From assembly GCF_006345805.1 (NCBI RefSeq), contig NC_043013.1, forward strand, positions 50,716,001 through 50,780,000: a DNA stretch of 64,000 nucleotides. The letters run 5' to 3'. The notes below the pieces were generated by a model. That model saw only the letters and a program-made list of their open reading frames with translations, was not told the DNA's origin and ran no database searches. Both the position numbers and the translations under genes were made by a program. How positions within the stretch are numbered: position 1 is the first letter of the stretch; each line of letters begins with the position of its first letter. Source of the stretch: Octopus sinensis. Its lineage: Eukaryota. Shown here piece after piece: positions 1 through 12,219 of the stretch.

Positions 1-165
1 CACAGGCGTGGCTGTGCGGTAAGAAGCTTGCTTCCCAACCCCATGGTTTTAGGTTCAGTCCCATTACACAGCATCTTGAGCAAGTGTCTTCTACTGCACT
101 CTCGGGCCGACCAAAGCCTTGTGAGTGGATTTTGTAGGCAGAAACTGAAAGCCCATAGTTTTTTT
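1..165 (+). mobile_element. tRNA-derived SINE family A, head only (cut by window start)
   Basis: A-box-like TGGCTGTGCGG and B-box-like GGTTCAGTCCC, then the family body and (TA)n. Confidence 0.8.
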
Positions 166-195
166 GTATATATGTATGTATATATATATATATAT

Positions 196-227
<32 letters not shown>

Positions 228-323
228 CATATATATATATACATATATATATGTATATGTAGGTCCCGGGTTGATTCGGGGTTAACCACAGTAAATAAGG
301 TACTCAATACATAGTAGAGTAAA

Positions 324-471
324 ATTAATTTATTATATAGAAGGAGCTTCTACAGGACTAGAACTGTTTCATTCAAGAGAAATCTTCAGGAAATCTTCAG
401 GAGCTTCCTGAAGATTTCTCTTAAATGAAACAGTTCTAGTCCTGTAGAAGCTCCTTCTATATAATAAATTA

Positions 472-473
<2 letters not shown>
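324..473. repeat. 150-bp near-perfect palindrome (second copy 1035-1184)
   Basis: Arms attaatttattatatagaaggagcttctacagg...cctgtagaagctccttctatataataaattaat. Confidence 0.95.
400..454 (+). ncRNA. Type I hammerhead ribozyme-like motif, copy 1 (weaker stem II)
   Basis: GGAGCUUC-CUGAAGA-UUUCUCUUAAAU-GAAA-CAG...CUG-U-A-GAAGCUCC. Confidence 0.55.
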
Positions 474-524
<51 letters not shown>

Positions 525-525
<1 letters not shown>

Positions 526-890
526 TAGCAGTATCGCCCGGCGTTGCTCGGGTTTGTAAGGGAAATAACTATAAAGCATTTTTAGAGAGTTATAGCCAAA
601 AAATGGAAAAAAAAAATGATGGTAAATTTTTTTTTAGTTAAAAAGGTCGAGTTGCGTCCCCTAGACAGTCTGTGGTTTGTGTTTCTGATTCTCGACCCCA
701 TGTCGAATTTATCGATTTGTTTCAGAACTGGGGGAACTTTTCAAAATTTTCGCTGTGTTAGTTTTGAATTATGACATTGGGCTATGTGTGTGTCAAGTTT
801 CATCAGAATCGGTTGAAAGCCATGGTCAGGGTGAGGGTACAACCAAACAGACACACAGAAACACACACAGACAAACTGCCGTTTATATAG

Positions 891-895
<5 letters not shown>
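525..895 (-). mobile_element. Non-autonomous Helitron (371 bp)
   Basis: On the minus strand: 5' TC start, 3' hairpin CCCGAGCAACGCCGGG followed by CTAG, inserted between A and T within (TA)n. Confidence 0.8.
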
Positions 896-941
<46 letters not shown>

Positions 942-1110
942 CATATATATATACATATATATATGTATATGTAGGTCCCGGTTGATTCGGGGTTAACCAC
1001 AGTAAATAAGGTACTCAATACATAGTAGAGTAAAATTAATTTATTATATAGAAGGAGCTTCTACAGGACTAGAACTGTTTCATTCAAGAGAAATCTTCAG
1101 GAAATCTTCA

Positions 1111-1165
1111 GGAGCTTCCTGAAGATTTCTCTTGAATGAAACAGTTCTAGTCCTGTAGAAGCTCC
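1111..1165 (+). ncRNA. Type I hammerhead ribozyme-like motif, copy 2
   Basis: 8-bp stem I GGAGCUUC/GAAGCUCC, core CUGAAGA, stem II UUC-UCUU-GAA closed by U.U, GAAA, stem III ACAG/CUGU, GUA cleavage triplet. Confidence 0.65.
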
Positions 1166-1182
1166 TTCTATATAATAAATTA

Positions 1183-1241
<59 letters not shown>

Positions 1242-1242
<1 letters not shown>

Positions 1243-1614
1243 TAGCAGTATCGCCCGGCGTTGCTCGGGTTTGTAAGGGAAATAACTATAAAGCATTTTT
1301 AGAGAGTTATAGCCAAAAAATGGAAAAAAAAAATGATGGTAAATTTTTTTTTAGTTAAAAAGGTCGAGTTGCGTCCCCTAGACAGTCTGTGGTTTGTGTT
1401 TCTGATTCTCGACCCCATGTCGAATTTATCGATTTGTTTCAGAACTGGGGGAACTTTTCAAAATTTTCGCTGTGTTAGTTTTGAATTATGACATTGGGCT
1501 ATGTGTGTGTCAAGTTTCATCAGAATCGGTTGAAAGCCATGGTCAGGGTGAGGGTACAACCAAACAGACACACAGAAACACACACAGACAAACTGCCGTT
1601 TATATATAGAGAGA
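1242..1614 (-). mobile_element. Non-autonomous Helitron, second copy
   Basis: Same TC ... hairpin-CTAG termini as 525-895. Confidence 0.8.
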
Positions 1615-1625
1615 TATATATATAT

Positions 1626-1791
1626 AGGTGCAGGTGTGGCTGTGTGGTAAGTAGCTTGCTTATCAACTACATAGTTCCGGGTTCAGTCCCACTGCATGGC
1701 ATCTTGGGTATGTGTCTTCTACTATAGCCTCAGGCCGACCAAAGCCTTGTGGGTGGATTTGGTTGACGGAAACTGAAAGAAGCTCATTATG

Positions 1792-1825
<34 letters not shown>

Positions 1826-2022
1826 GTGTGTCTGTGTTGCCTCCCCACCATCGTTTGACAATCAATGTTGGTATGTCTACGTTTCTGTAACTTAGCAGTT
1901 CGGCAAAAGAGACTGATAGAATAAGTACTAGGCTAGGCTTTCAAAGATTTGGTGGTTGATTTGGTGAACTAAATGTGGTGCTCCAGCATGGCCGCAGTCA
2001 AATGACTGAAACAAATAAAAGA
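1626..2022 (+). mobile_element. SINE family A, full length (tRNA head, central microsatellite, conserved tail)
   Basis: A/B boxes, TA/TG tract, tail ggtgctccagcatggccgcagtcaaatgactgaaacaaataaaaga. Confidence 0.9.
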
Positions 2023-2329
2023 ATATATATATATATATATATATAATTGGTAAAAACTGAATTCAGTATATGAAATTCTTGAATGTTGTTTTCAGACAAT
2101 TATAATCCCTGTTTGTATATATGTATATAATTATAGGACTGAACTTGGTATCTTGCAGTTTGGAAGCAAGCTTCTTACCCACCCAGCCTTGTTTGTGCTT
2201 ATACTCATACTGCCCACCACCTCCTCCATTACTGCTACTTTTGCCATATTTGTTCACTGCCATTTCCTTCATAGCAACCTCTGTCATGTCTATAATGGTA
2301 ACCTCCACCAGATCAATATTTACCCACTG

Positions 2330-2575
2330 GCATCACTCTCCAGCATGGAGGCACGTGGCTTATTGGTTAGGGTGTCAGCATCATGATCGTAAGATTGTGG
2401 TTTCGATTCCTGGACCGGGCAATGCATTGTGTTCTTAAGCAAAACACTTCATTTCACATTGCTGCAGTCTTACTGGCGTCCCGTCCAGCTGGGGAACACA
2501 TACACCATAGAAACCGGGAGACCGGGCTCATGAGCCTGGCTAGGCTTTAAAAGGGTGCATTTATTTTATTATTTA
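2330..2575 (+). mobile_element. tRNA-derived SINE with V/CORE-like central domain (family C/D)
   Basis: gtggcttattggttag, gtttcgattcc, gtgttcttaagcaaaacacttcatttcacattgc, tail atgagcctggctaggctttaaaagg plus (ttta)n. Confidence 0.65.
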
Positions 2576-3179
2576 TTGCTCTCCAGCATCCATCCTGCCT
2601 CAACTTCTACCCGCCATCATATCCATCCCTTCCACCTCTACCATTTCTACCCACAACCTTTTCCATCCTGGTGATCCCCACCCCATCTACTCACCACCCT
2701 CAATATCAAGCTAACCTCCACTGCATCTACTCACCACTGTCTCCCTCGAAGTTACCTCTACCAGATTTATCTCCACCACTGCCAACATTGTCCCCATTAC
2801 TCTTCCGGTCACCACAACTACCTACGCCGTGCCCATCATAGCTGTCTCGACCACAACCTTATTTCCATCATTGCTACCTCCACTACATCTACCCCACTTC
2901 ATATCTTCCACTCTCACCTCCACTACCTTTGTCTACCATCAGTCTTATCTTCACATCCCTACCCACTCTCACCCCTATTACGTACCTTCTTCTTTATCAT
3001 TGCCTCTACCATCTTATCTCCATCATTCTTATCTCTGTCAATTCCCACAGCCTCACCGCATCCATCCACCATCGTCTCCATCATCTCTGCTTTCACATCT
3101 ATACAGTGTCAGAAGCCTACAATTCATGTTTGCGGTTTCTGTTGGGCCTCATTTTGAACCCTGAAATATGACAACACTG

Positions 3180-3650
3180 CTGCATCAACTCTCTGCAACA
3201 AGCTCTACTGACAAGATGTCTAAGGTTGGCTTGGCCAGGCTCTCTGTCAGCCTCCAGAGGAATTCACTCACAAAACAGTCAACCTGGCTCCTCACCCAGG
3301 CTGGCACAAACAAACTGGAGGACAACTAAATGCATGGCTGGCATTTGTAAAGGCATACATGGAAGCACAATCAGGCCCCCATGTCTATGGTCTTTGGTAG
3401 TGGAACCATGAGTGGGTATCCATTAAAGCCTAGACTGTGGTTAACCATTGGATGTGGTCAGCATTTGTGAAGGACATGGTAAGATCATTGGTCAGAGCCA
3501 GCTCAACGCATCCTAGGTGAATGTCGGTGCAAGTAGTAGTACCCTTATACCCTTCATCACAAGAACTATTACTGCATCTATCCATTGCTTCCATGTCTGT
3601 ATCCCTTAACTTCACTGTGTAAATAAAGGCTGTATGGAAGTTTGGGTTAG
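3180..3650 (-). mobile_element. Possible decayed L1/Tx1-like non-LTR element fragment
   Basis: Minus-strand translation with stops includes GGLIVLPCMPLQMPAMHLVVLQFVCASLGEEP, loosely like L1/Tx1 post-RT regions. Pattern match from memory only. Confidence 0.3.
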
Positions 3651-4597
3651 GGTAGAGATTGCACAAGATATGTGAGAAAAGGGGAAATGCTTGGAGATGG
3701 GGAATGGGCAAGGGGGTGAATATACTGAAGAATAAATATCGAGGGATGACAAAGAGGGGAGAGTAGGTGACAACTGTAGAAATGGAGTAGTGTTGAGGGT
3801 TGATCAGTGGGCCAAATTTGCAATAACAAGTCCGTGTCCTATCCAGTGATTGAGGTATTATTTCAGTCCCTTTAATGAGAAAAGCTTCCCTTTACTGTAC
3901 AACCTTCTGGTTTTAGTAGAAGAAAACAAACCAATCGATATTGTTCATTGATAGATTTAATTTTGTGCCTAAAACAGCCATTGCTCAGCCAATCCTTTCT
4001 GTTGAGATAAAAAATATTTTCATTGTCAACAAAGCCTTAAATTTCTTCACTGCACTTCACTCATTACACTATTGCTTGCTGCACCCATCTTTTGCAGACC
4101 ATCACCTCTGTAGAACCATTCTGCAATTGTTGATGCAGCTGTTGTTGTCGTTGTTGTTGTTGCCACTGCAGCCTCTGTTTTGTTTACAACAATTACTAGT
4201 TGCTGCGTACATCGGTAGCTGAGATAGTTTAGTACATGTGGCCCAGCGTTTCAAACTTGTCTCTCATCATTACCATTTATCCTATCACAGTATCATTAAC
4301 TTTTCATTATCAGCAAATATAATTATCAATATTTTGGGAAGCTCATTTGAACTACTATTCAATTAAATTATTCCAAGGAATAAATGCACTGGAAACTTGT
4401 CTACTAATTATGCAAGCCTAGCAAAAAATCAATACAATGTATATTTTTTTTTTTTACTTCTATTTGTTTTTTTTTTAATTGTTCTTTTATGTTTGTTGTT
4501 GTATTTGTTTTTGCCTGCACTTCGTATTCGAAATTGTTTTCGATTATTTTGTTGTAACTTAGACATTGATCAACTTTGTAATTGTCTTGCATTCTAG

Positions 4598-4655
4598 ATT
4601 TGCCGCACGGATGGGAAATGAAGATTTCAGAGGACGGCACCGTATATTATGTCGA
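4598..4655 (+). CDS. WWOX: WWOX internal coding exon (58 bp), first part of WW domain 2
   Basis: Flanked by ttctag| and |gtaagt. Translates (G)D-LPHGWEMKISEDGTVYYV-(GA), a WW domain start like human WWOX [20 protein letters not shown]. The phase-2 end joins the 11240 exon to give VDHINEKTTF. Confidence 0.92.
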
Positions 4656-4699
4656 GTAAGTTGCCTTAAGTGGAAATACATTCATAAATATGTTTTCAT

Positions 4700-5345
4700 A
4701 GCAGTCTCTCTCTCTCCCCTGCTCTCTCACTCTACTATCCCCTCTCTCTCTCCAGCTCTCTCTCTCTCCCCTGCTCTCTCTTCCTCTCTCTCACTCTACT
4801 ATCCCCTCTCTCTTTCTCTGCTTTCCTACCTTCCTCTGCTATCCATTCCCTCTCTCTCTCTCTCTCTGCTAGCCTCTCTCTCTCTCTCTCTGCTAGCCTC
4901 TCTCTCTCTCTCTGCTATCCTTACTCTCTCTCTTTCTCTGTTATCCTCTCTCTCTCTGCTATCCTTACTCTCTCTCTTTCTCTGTTATCCTCTCTCTCTC
5001 CTTCTCTTGCACTGTCTGCTATCCTCTCTCTCTCTCTTCTAGCCTCTCTCTCTCTGCTAGCCTCTGTCTGTCTGTCTCTCTCTGCTATCCTCTCTCTCTC
5101 TGCTTTCCTATCTCCCTCTGCTAATTCATTCCCTCTCTCTCTCTCCCTCTCTCTGCTATCCTTACTCTCTCTCTCTTTCTCTGTTACCTCTCTCTCTCCT
5201 TCTCTCTCTCTGTCTCATATCCTCTCTCTCTCTCTCTCTCTCTGCTTTCCTATCTCCCTCTGCTATCCATTCCCTCCCCCCCTCTCTCTCTGCTATTCCC
5301 TCTTTTCCTCCTCTTCTGTCCTTGCTTCTTCTTTCTCCATACCTA
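4700..5345. repeat. (CT)n-based polypyrimidine tract with ctgctatcc subunits
   Basis: Direct inspection; begins ~45 bp after the WWOX exon donor. Confidence 0.9.
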
Positions 5346-6159
5346 CAAGAGGAAGTGACATGGATTAGAGTAACCGGCTTCAGTCCCAAAGAATATTGGT
5401 TCAATCCAATCCATGCAAACCAATTGGATTTATCCTGTTTCTCAAGATCTATGACCACAAGTATGTTCATGTGATTCAGAAGCTTATTTCACAACTATGG
5501 GATTCCAGGTTCAATCTTACTGTGCAGCCTTTTAGACAAACAGCTTGTTTGTTTTGTCAAGGTTTCTATGGCTGGATGCCCTTCCTAACACCGACTGCTT
5601 TACAGAGTGTACTGGGTGCCCTATATGTGGCCCCAGCACACATGAGCTCAGAAGACAAGGATCTCTTGGCCGATAGAGGGAGTGGAACCAAGGAACCAAA
5701 CGGAAGCTAATCTCTGTAGCTTTGAATCATTATTTAGCTTTGAAATTTTAAAATAATGAAACTAAATAATTTTTCATAAACTCCAACTTTAAATGTATGA
5801 AATATCAAATAAGAATTTACATCTGAAAATTAAAATTTAGAAATAAAAATAAATATTTCATTGATTTACATTTGTGTTTTTAATTATTATTTTCGTTGTA
5901 ATTTAATTAAAATTTAAACAATTATCAAGTTTGTTTTTTCTTTTAAAATTTATTTGATTTTAGTTTTCTCCTTTACGTAATTTAATTTATGGAAAATGTG
6001 TCAGATTTATTAATTTAAAATTTTAAATTGTAGACAAATGTGGAAAAAAAAAACAAGAACAATTAAAAATAATGAAGGTGAAGAGGTAACACTCTTTTGC
6101 TGAGATCTGTCTTAACCGAAAAAACAAAAAATGGTCTTGTGCACTCCATAGTGAGAAAA

Positions 6160-6356
6160 ATCATCATCACCATCATCATCGTTGCCATTATCATCATCAT
6201 CATCATCATCATCATTGTTATCAATAGTGTTGTATTCACTATTATCACCATCAATATCATCATCATCATCATCATCATCATCTTCATTATTATCATCACC
6301 ATTATTATCATTGTCATCATCATCATCATTGTTATTATGTTGCAGCTGATAACATG

Positions 6357-6399
<43 letters not shown>

Positions 6400-6505
6400 G
6401 TATATATATGTATGTATGCATATATATGTATGTATGCATATATATGTATGTATGCATATATATGCATATATACATATACATATATATGCATATATATGTA
6501 TATAT
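6160..6505. repeat. (CAT)n followed by (TA)n/(TATG)n microsatellites
   Basis: Direct inspection. Confidence 0.95.
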
Positions 6506-6508
6506 AAA

Positions 6509-6717
6509 GTTAATCCAAACATGAAAACATAAAGAGAAAACACAACAACGTGAGGACGTGGAACAAGTATAGTGTTATTGGATGTTCCAGAAAGGAAAGA
6601 AAGAAGAAGGATTTAAGGTTTCAAAGGAGCTCTTCGTCAGAAATATAGGAAAAGGAAAGATCCAAGGAAGGGAAGATGGTGGAAGAAAAATCACCAACGA
6701 TACATACTTGGTCACAT
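6509..6717 (-). mobile_element. PLE-like terminal remnant with decayed hammerhead motif (6611-6644); same family as 23287-23498
   Basis: Aligns by eye with 23287-23498. Minus strand AUUU-CUGACGA-A-GAGCUCCUUU-GAAAC-CUU-AAAU. Confidence 0.55.
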
Positions 6718-6742
6718 ATTATTATGTATATATATATGTATG

Positions 6743-6778
<36 letters not shown>

Positions 6779-6864
6779 TATGTATGTATATATATATGTA
6801 TATATATATGTATGTATATATATGTATATATATATGTATATATATATATGTATATATATATATG

Positions 6865-6903
<39 letters not shown>

Positions 6904-7080
6904 GTATATATATGTATATATATATATGTGTGTGTGTGTGTATATATATTATATGTATATATACTTTATTAATAAAGCATATTACTCTATCTCTGCTATT
7001 TGAGTACTACTTTTTCCACCTTGTTTCACATTTATGTGCTTACTCTGGTATATACATATATATATTATATATATATATAT

Positions 7081-8322
7081 TCTCCATAAGATGCACCCAG
7101 TGTAAGCAATGGATGCATAAGAGGTGCAGCAACATCAAAGGAAAGTTAACCGGGAAGATAGCTTTTGTGTGCAGCAGATGTATAGGGGCAATAAACACCT
7201 CAGATGCTCAGAAAACTGATTCCATCGCATGCCAGGGGGAGAAACTAGAAATAGTTGATAGCTTCCGCTACCTAGGTGACCAAGTCTGTAGTGGGGGTGG
7301 ATGCTCAGAAAGCATTGCCACTAGAATAAGAATAGCCTGGGCAAAGTTCAGAAAGCTCTTACCACTGCTGGTGACAAAGGGCCTCTCGCTCAGAGTGAAA
7401 GGTAAATTGCATGATGCATGTAGGTGAACTGCCGTGCTACATGGCAGTGAAAAATGGGCCATGACTGCTGAAGACATGCGTAGCCTTGAAAACAATGAAG
7501 TTAGTATGACCTGCTGCATGTGTAATTTTAGTGTGGCCCTGGCAGTAATGTTGGACATAAGAAGCATCAGATGTGGTGTACAAGAGGGACAACTGCACTG
7601 GTATGGTCATGTGCTGCGTATAGATGAATAGAGCTTTGTGAAGAAATGTCCTACCCTAACTGTGGAAGGAACCCGTGGTTGAGGGAGACCCAGGAAGACA
7701 TGGGTGAGGTGGTGAAGCATGATCTTCCAATGTTGGGCCTCACAGAGGCAATGACAAAAGGCCGAGACCTCTGGAGATATGCTGTGATTGAGAAGACCTG
7801 GCAGGTAAAGTGAGATCACAGCCATAGCCTACACCAGTGTCACATAACCATCCCATTATAAAAGTACCTTTGAATCGTCGGGTGACTTTCCATGCTTGAG
7901 GAAACCCATTGAGTCAAGTAAAGTCAAAATCAAATAAAATCACAATCAAATGGAATTGTAGTTGTGGCCGATGCCAGTGCCACCTGACTGGCTCCCCATG
8001 CTGGCGGCATGTAAAAAGCACCATCTGAACATGATCGATGCCAGCCTCCCTGCCCTGACTGGCTATTGTGCCAGAAGTACGTAAAATGAATAATCCAAAC
8101 AGGGCCGATGCCAGTCCCGCCTGATTGGCTCCAATGCTGGTGGCACATAAAAAGCACCCGCTACACTTTCAGAGTGGTTGGCATTAGGAAGGACATCCAG
8201 CTGTAGAAACACTGCCAGATCAGATTGGAACCTGGTGCAGCCTCCTGGCTTGTGAGTCCCCAGTCAAACCGTCCAACCCATGCCAGCATGGAAAATGGAT
8301 GTTAAACGATGATGATAATGAT
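7081..8322 (+). mobile_element. 5'-truncated, decayed RTE-clade LINE with un-amplified 3' UTR and (GAT)n tail
   Basis: SIRCTQCKQWMHKRC...VDSFRYLGDQ...RIRIAWAKFRKLL...HGSEKW, WYGHVLR. 3' UTR contains aggaaggacatccagctgtagaaac and ends gatgatgataatgat. Flanked by (TA)n on both sides. Confidence 0.92.
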
Positions 8323-8392
8323 ATATGTATGTATATATATATATATATACACACACACATATATACATATACATACATACATACATACATGC

Positions 8393-8426
<34 letters not shown>

Positions 8427-9539
8427 CCAATGAGCTTCCTTGAATTTCTGTCTACCAAATCCATCCACAAGTCTTTTGTTGGCCCTAAGCTATAGTAGAA
8501 AATACTTGCCCAAGGTGCCACACAGTAGAACTGAACTGAAAAACCATGTGATTGGGAAGCAAGCTCCTCTCCACCACCCACCCACCTGTTTATAATTATT
8601 ATTTTATGATGAATTCTCCTGAGAAACAGTTAAACTCTGAGTGTATCTAATTAGTAACTTTGCTTTGATTTCACACTCAAATACAGATATCTCATTGTAC
8701 TTGTGTTACCTATAACGTCTCACATATTCTCATTTTCCTCTTTTCCTCATAACTTCTCATGTAATACGCATTAAAAGTTAAGGAACCGTGATTAAATTTC
8801 CTTTTCTTTGATTAGCAAAGTAACTTTATTAAATTCAATTCAACAATTGAAACTCACCAACTCAAAGACAGCAACAGGATTTCATTGAAATTCTATTAAG
8901 AAAACAAGAAATTATTCACCCCGTGTCTCTCTTTCTCATTAAATCTTCTCTATTATCCATAATTAACTTTAAAACAACCAAATAAATTGCAATCAATGTT
9001 TATTTTTAAGAATATAAAAAGATTATAATATGAAATACAAAATGACTCGAGGAAATAAAGAATTGCTTTTAGTATAATTTTACTAAAAGTTAGCTTAGTC
9101 AGAGGTGTAGGTGAGGCTGTGCGGTTTAAAATTTTGTCTCCTAACCATGTGGTTTTGAGTTCAATCCTTCTGTTTGCCACTTTGGGATAGTGTATGCTGC
9201 TTTAGCTCCAGTCTGGCAAAGCCTTGAGAATAGATTTCGTAGATTTAAACATAAAGAAGTGTGCCATACACTGGTTCAGGAACGAAAGTTGTTTTGAGGA
9301 TCCAAACCCAGGTCCAAAATATTTTTACAAACAAGGACTTTTTTTAAAAATGTATTTTTGTTTTCTGTTCTTTGAGTAGAAACCTAACTTTGAGCTACAG
9401 ATCACCTTTTATGCACTGTTTTCTAAATCTGAGAAAAGTAAGTAGAGCTTCAAATTTTGATTTTGCATCACCGAAATATTTTGGGAGGTGTGCTGACATC
9501 CCCTGTGACCCCTGTTCTTGGGCCTATGCTGCTATATCA

Positions 9540-9960
9540 TCATCATCATCATCATCATCATCGTTTAACGTTTGTTTTCCATGCTGGCATAGGTTGAACG
9601 GTTCGACTGGGGTCTGGCAAGCCAGGAGGCTGCACCAAGCTCCAATCTGATCTGGCAAAGTTTCTACAGCTGGGTGCCCTTCCTAATGCCAACCATTGTG
9701 AGAGTGTGGTGGGTGGTTTTTACATGCCGCCGGCACGAGAGCCAGTCAGGCGGCACTGGCATCAGCCATGTTCAGATGGTGCTTTTTATGTGCTACCGGC
9801 ACAGGAACCTTTCGGGGACGGGGTGGGGGTGATGGGGGGGATGGCATCTACCATGTTTGGATGGTGCTTTTTACGTGCCACCGGCATGGGGAGCCAGTTG
9901 GGCAGAACTAGCAACGACCCACGCATGAATGGTGCTTATTGCATGCCACCAGCATCCTAA
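9540..9960 (-). mobile_element. RTE-type 3' tail element (short LINE 3' end or tail-sharing SINE)
   Basis: (CAT)n, tttaacgtttgttttccatgctggc, tttctacagctgggtgcccttcc, and repeated tggtgctttttacgtgcc modules. Confidence 0.8.
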
Positions 9961-10194
9961 GTTCAAATTCCATGGAGGTTGACTTTGCTTTTCATCCTTT
10001 TGGGGTTGATAAAATAAGTACCAGTGAAACACTGGGGTCAATGTAATTGACTTAATCCCCTCTTCCAAAATTGCTGGCCTTGTGCCAGAATTGAAATCAA
10101 TAATTTTATAGAATGTAAAAAACACCCATTACACTCTCAGAGTGTGTTAGGAAGGGCATCCAGCTGTAGAAACCATACCAAATCAGATTTGACT

Positions 10195-10392
10195 GCAGCC
10201 ATGCTGGAGCACCGCCTTTAGTCAAACAAATCATCCACAGGACTTATTCTTTGTAAGCCTAGTACTTATTCTACCGGTCTCTTTTGCCAAACTGCTAAGT
10301 TACAGGGACATAAACACACCAGCATCAGTTGTCAAGTGATGGTGGGGGACAAACACAGACATAAGCATGCACACACACACACACACACACAT

Positions 10393-10442
<50 letters not shown>

Positions 10443-10605
10443 GGCTTCTTTCAGTTTCCTTCTACCAAATCCACTCAAAAGGCTTTGGTTGGCCCAAGGC
10501 TATAGTAGAAGACACTTGCCCAAGGTGCCACCCAGTGGGACTGAACCCAGAACCAGGTGGCTGGTAAGCAAGCTACTTACCAGGCAGCCACTCCTGTACC
10601 TATAT
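10195..10605 (-). mobile_element. SINE family A, near full length
   Basis: Reverse complement of the 1626-2022 family, with central CA/TA tract. Confidence 0.85.
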
Positions 10606-10639
10606 GTGTATTTTTGTACAACATATTTGTATGTTGTAA

Positions 10640-11165
10640 AACATACCACTCACTCAGTTTTGTAGAATGAACTCATTACTTAATATTTTCCTATAATGTA
10701 CCCCTAACAAAATGTTTTGTGGAACCTACCCCTTTAACATTATTTTGTAGTACATACTTATATCATAGTATTTCGGTAGAATGTTCCCCTAACACAGTGC
10801 TCTGTAGAATATACCTCTCCCAAGTATTTAGTGAAACATACCCTTTAGGGTTTTGCAAAATCTACCCCTAAATATCCCAAACATATTTTGTTGAATGTAC
10901 CCATAATGGGTTTGTAGGAGGTACCTGTGCCATGGTATTTTATGGAATATACCCCTAACTCTATGTTTTGTGAAGTGTACCTTTATCACAGTGCCTTGTG
11001 AAACCTACTTCTAACTGTGTTTCTGTAGAGCATACCCCTAATATTATGTTTTTTGGAATGTACTCTTAACACTGATTTGTGGAATGCAGAATCTACCCCA
11101 GCCAAATGATTTTGTAGAACAGAGTATTTTGTGGAACGTACCCCTAAAATTTCCAGAACAATTCC
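10640..11165. repeat. Degenerate minisatellite, core tattttgtggaatgtacccctaa
   Basis: Roughly 14 variants of the core at ~30-45 bp spacing, ending ~75 bp before the WWOX acceptor. Confidence 0.75.
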
Positions 11166-11239
11166 CTAAAATTCATTGTTTTCTATATTTTTACTATTGA
11201 AATGAATCTGGAAACTCATTCACGTCTTATCTCTTTCAG

Positions 11240-11418
11240 TCACATCAATGAGAAAACTACTTTTACAGACCCCAGGCTAGCATTTGCTGAAGAAGTGGTT
11301 GATACACCAAATGATTTCCGTCAGCGCTTTGATGGTAACTCAAATGGTATGCAAGTGTTGCAGGGGTTAGATTTCACTGGGAAATATGCCATTGTCACCG
11401 GAGCTAACTGTGGCATCG
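11240..11418 (+). CDS. WWOX: WWOX internal coding exon (179 bp), end of WW2 and SDR cofactor-binding motif
   Basis: Flanked by ctctttcag| and |gtaagt. Encodes HINEKTTFTDPRLAFAEEVVDTPNDFRQRFDGNSNGMQVLQGLDFTGKYAIVTGANCGIG. DPRLAF, RQR(F/Y)DG and TGANxGIG are WWOX hallmarks. Confidence 0.96.
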
Positions 11419-12144
11419 GTAAGTCAAATTATTATTATCTTTATTGATTTTTAACTCGTCAAGTGGGAAATGAAATTTCATGTTGTGTATGTGAAGAGTC
11501 ATATTGTCTTAATGACTTATTATCTAACACACTCTCTGGTTTGATTTCCACTCATTATTACCTCTGGTATATAAAACTCTCCTGCAGTTAAGGGTCATGA
11601 AATTTTGAGTGAATATATCTGTTCCTCAGTGAGGTGAAAAACACATACACATTAAAAAAAAAAGTCTTTATTGTTTTAAGGAGATAAAAAAATTGAACTT
11701 GGGGTTATTTTATATTACAATTGGTTTACCAAAATGTACTTGGTTACAGGTTTTCAGTGGACCAATTACTTGTTTACAGCATTTTTGATGGGTAAGAGCA
11801 ACAAGGAAGTATTTGCAAATTACGGCAGATCAAATATGGTTAGGGGTTTTGTTTAAAGAATACAGTTTTGGGTTTGGGTTTCCTTGTTGAATTTATTTCT
11901 ATAAATATCATCATTTCACTTTTGCTTTCGATATATTTATATACATACAAAGCATTGACTAAAATTTTACCTGATGGTAGACAAAATTTGTAATCCCAAC
12001 CAACTTTAATTTTGCAATGAAATTTAATCTACCTTCTGTGTTGAATTCCGCCATCAGTAAATATTCCATTGCTATTCTTAAATGTGTTTGAAAATGATAA
12101 CTCCATTTTCGCATTTATACACTCGCGTATAATTTACAAGCATG

Positions 12145-12219
<75 letters not shown>

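Larger units (their letters stand above)
255..1614. repeat. Two-copy tandem duplication, unit ~712-717 bp (palindrome cassette + TA + Helitron)
   Basis: aggtccc at 261 and 973; actagcagtatcgcccgg at 524 and 1241; near-identical units. Confidence 0.95.

Noticed and set aside
1626-1700. tRNA genes at SINE heads
   Set aside because: A/B boxes are present but there is no complete cloverleaf, and each continues into a SINE body.
6582-7427. 281-aa ORF
   Set aside because: It is a chance fusion of a PLE remnant, a TA microsatellite and a truncated RTE fragment.
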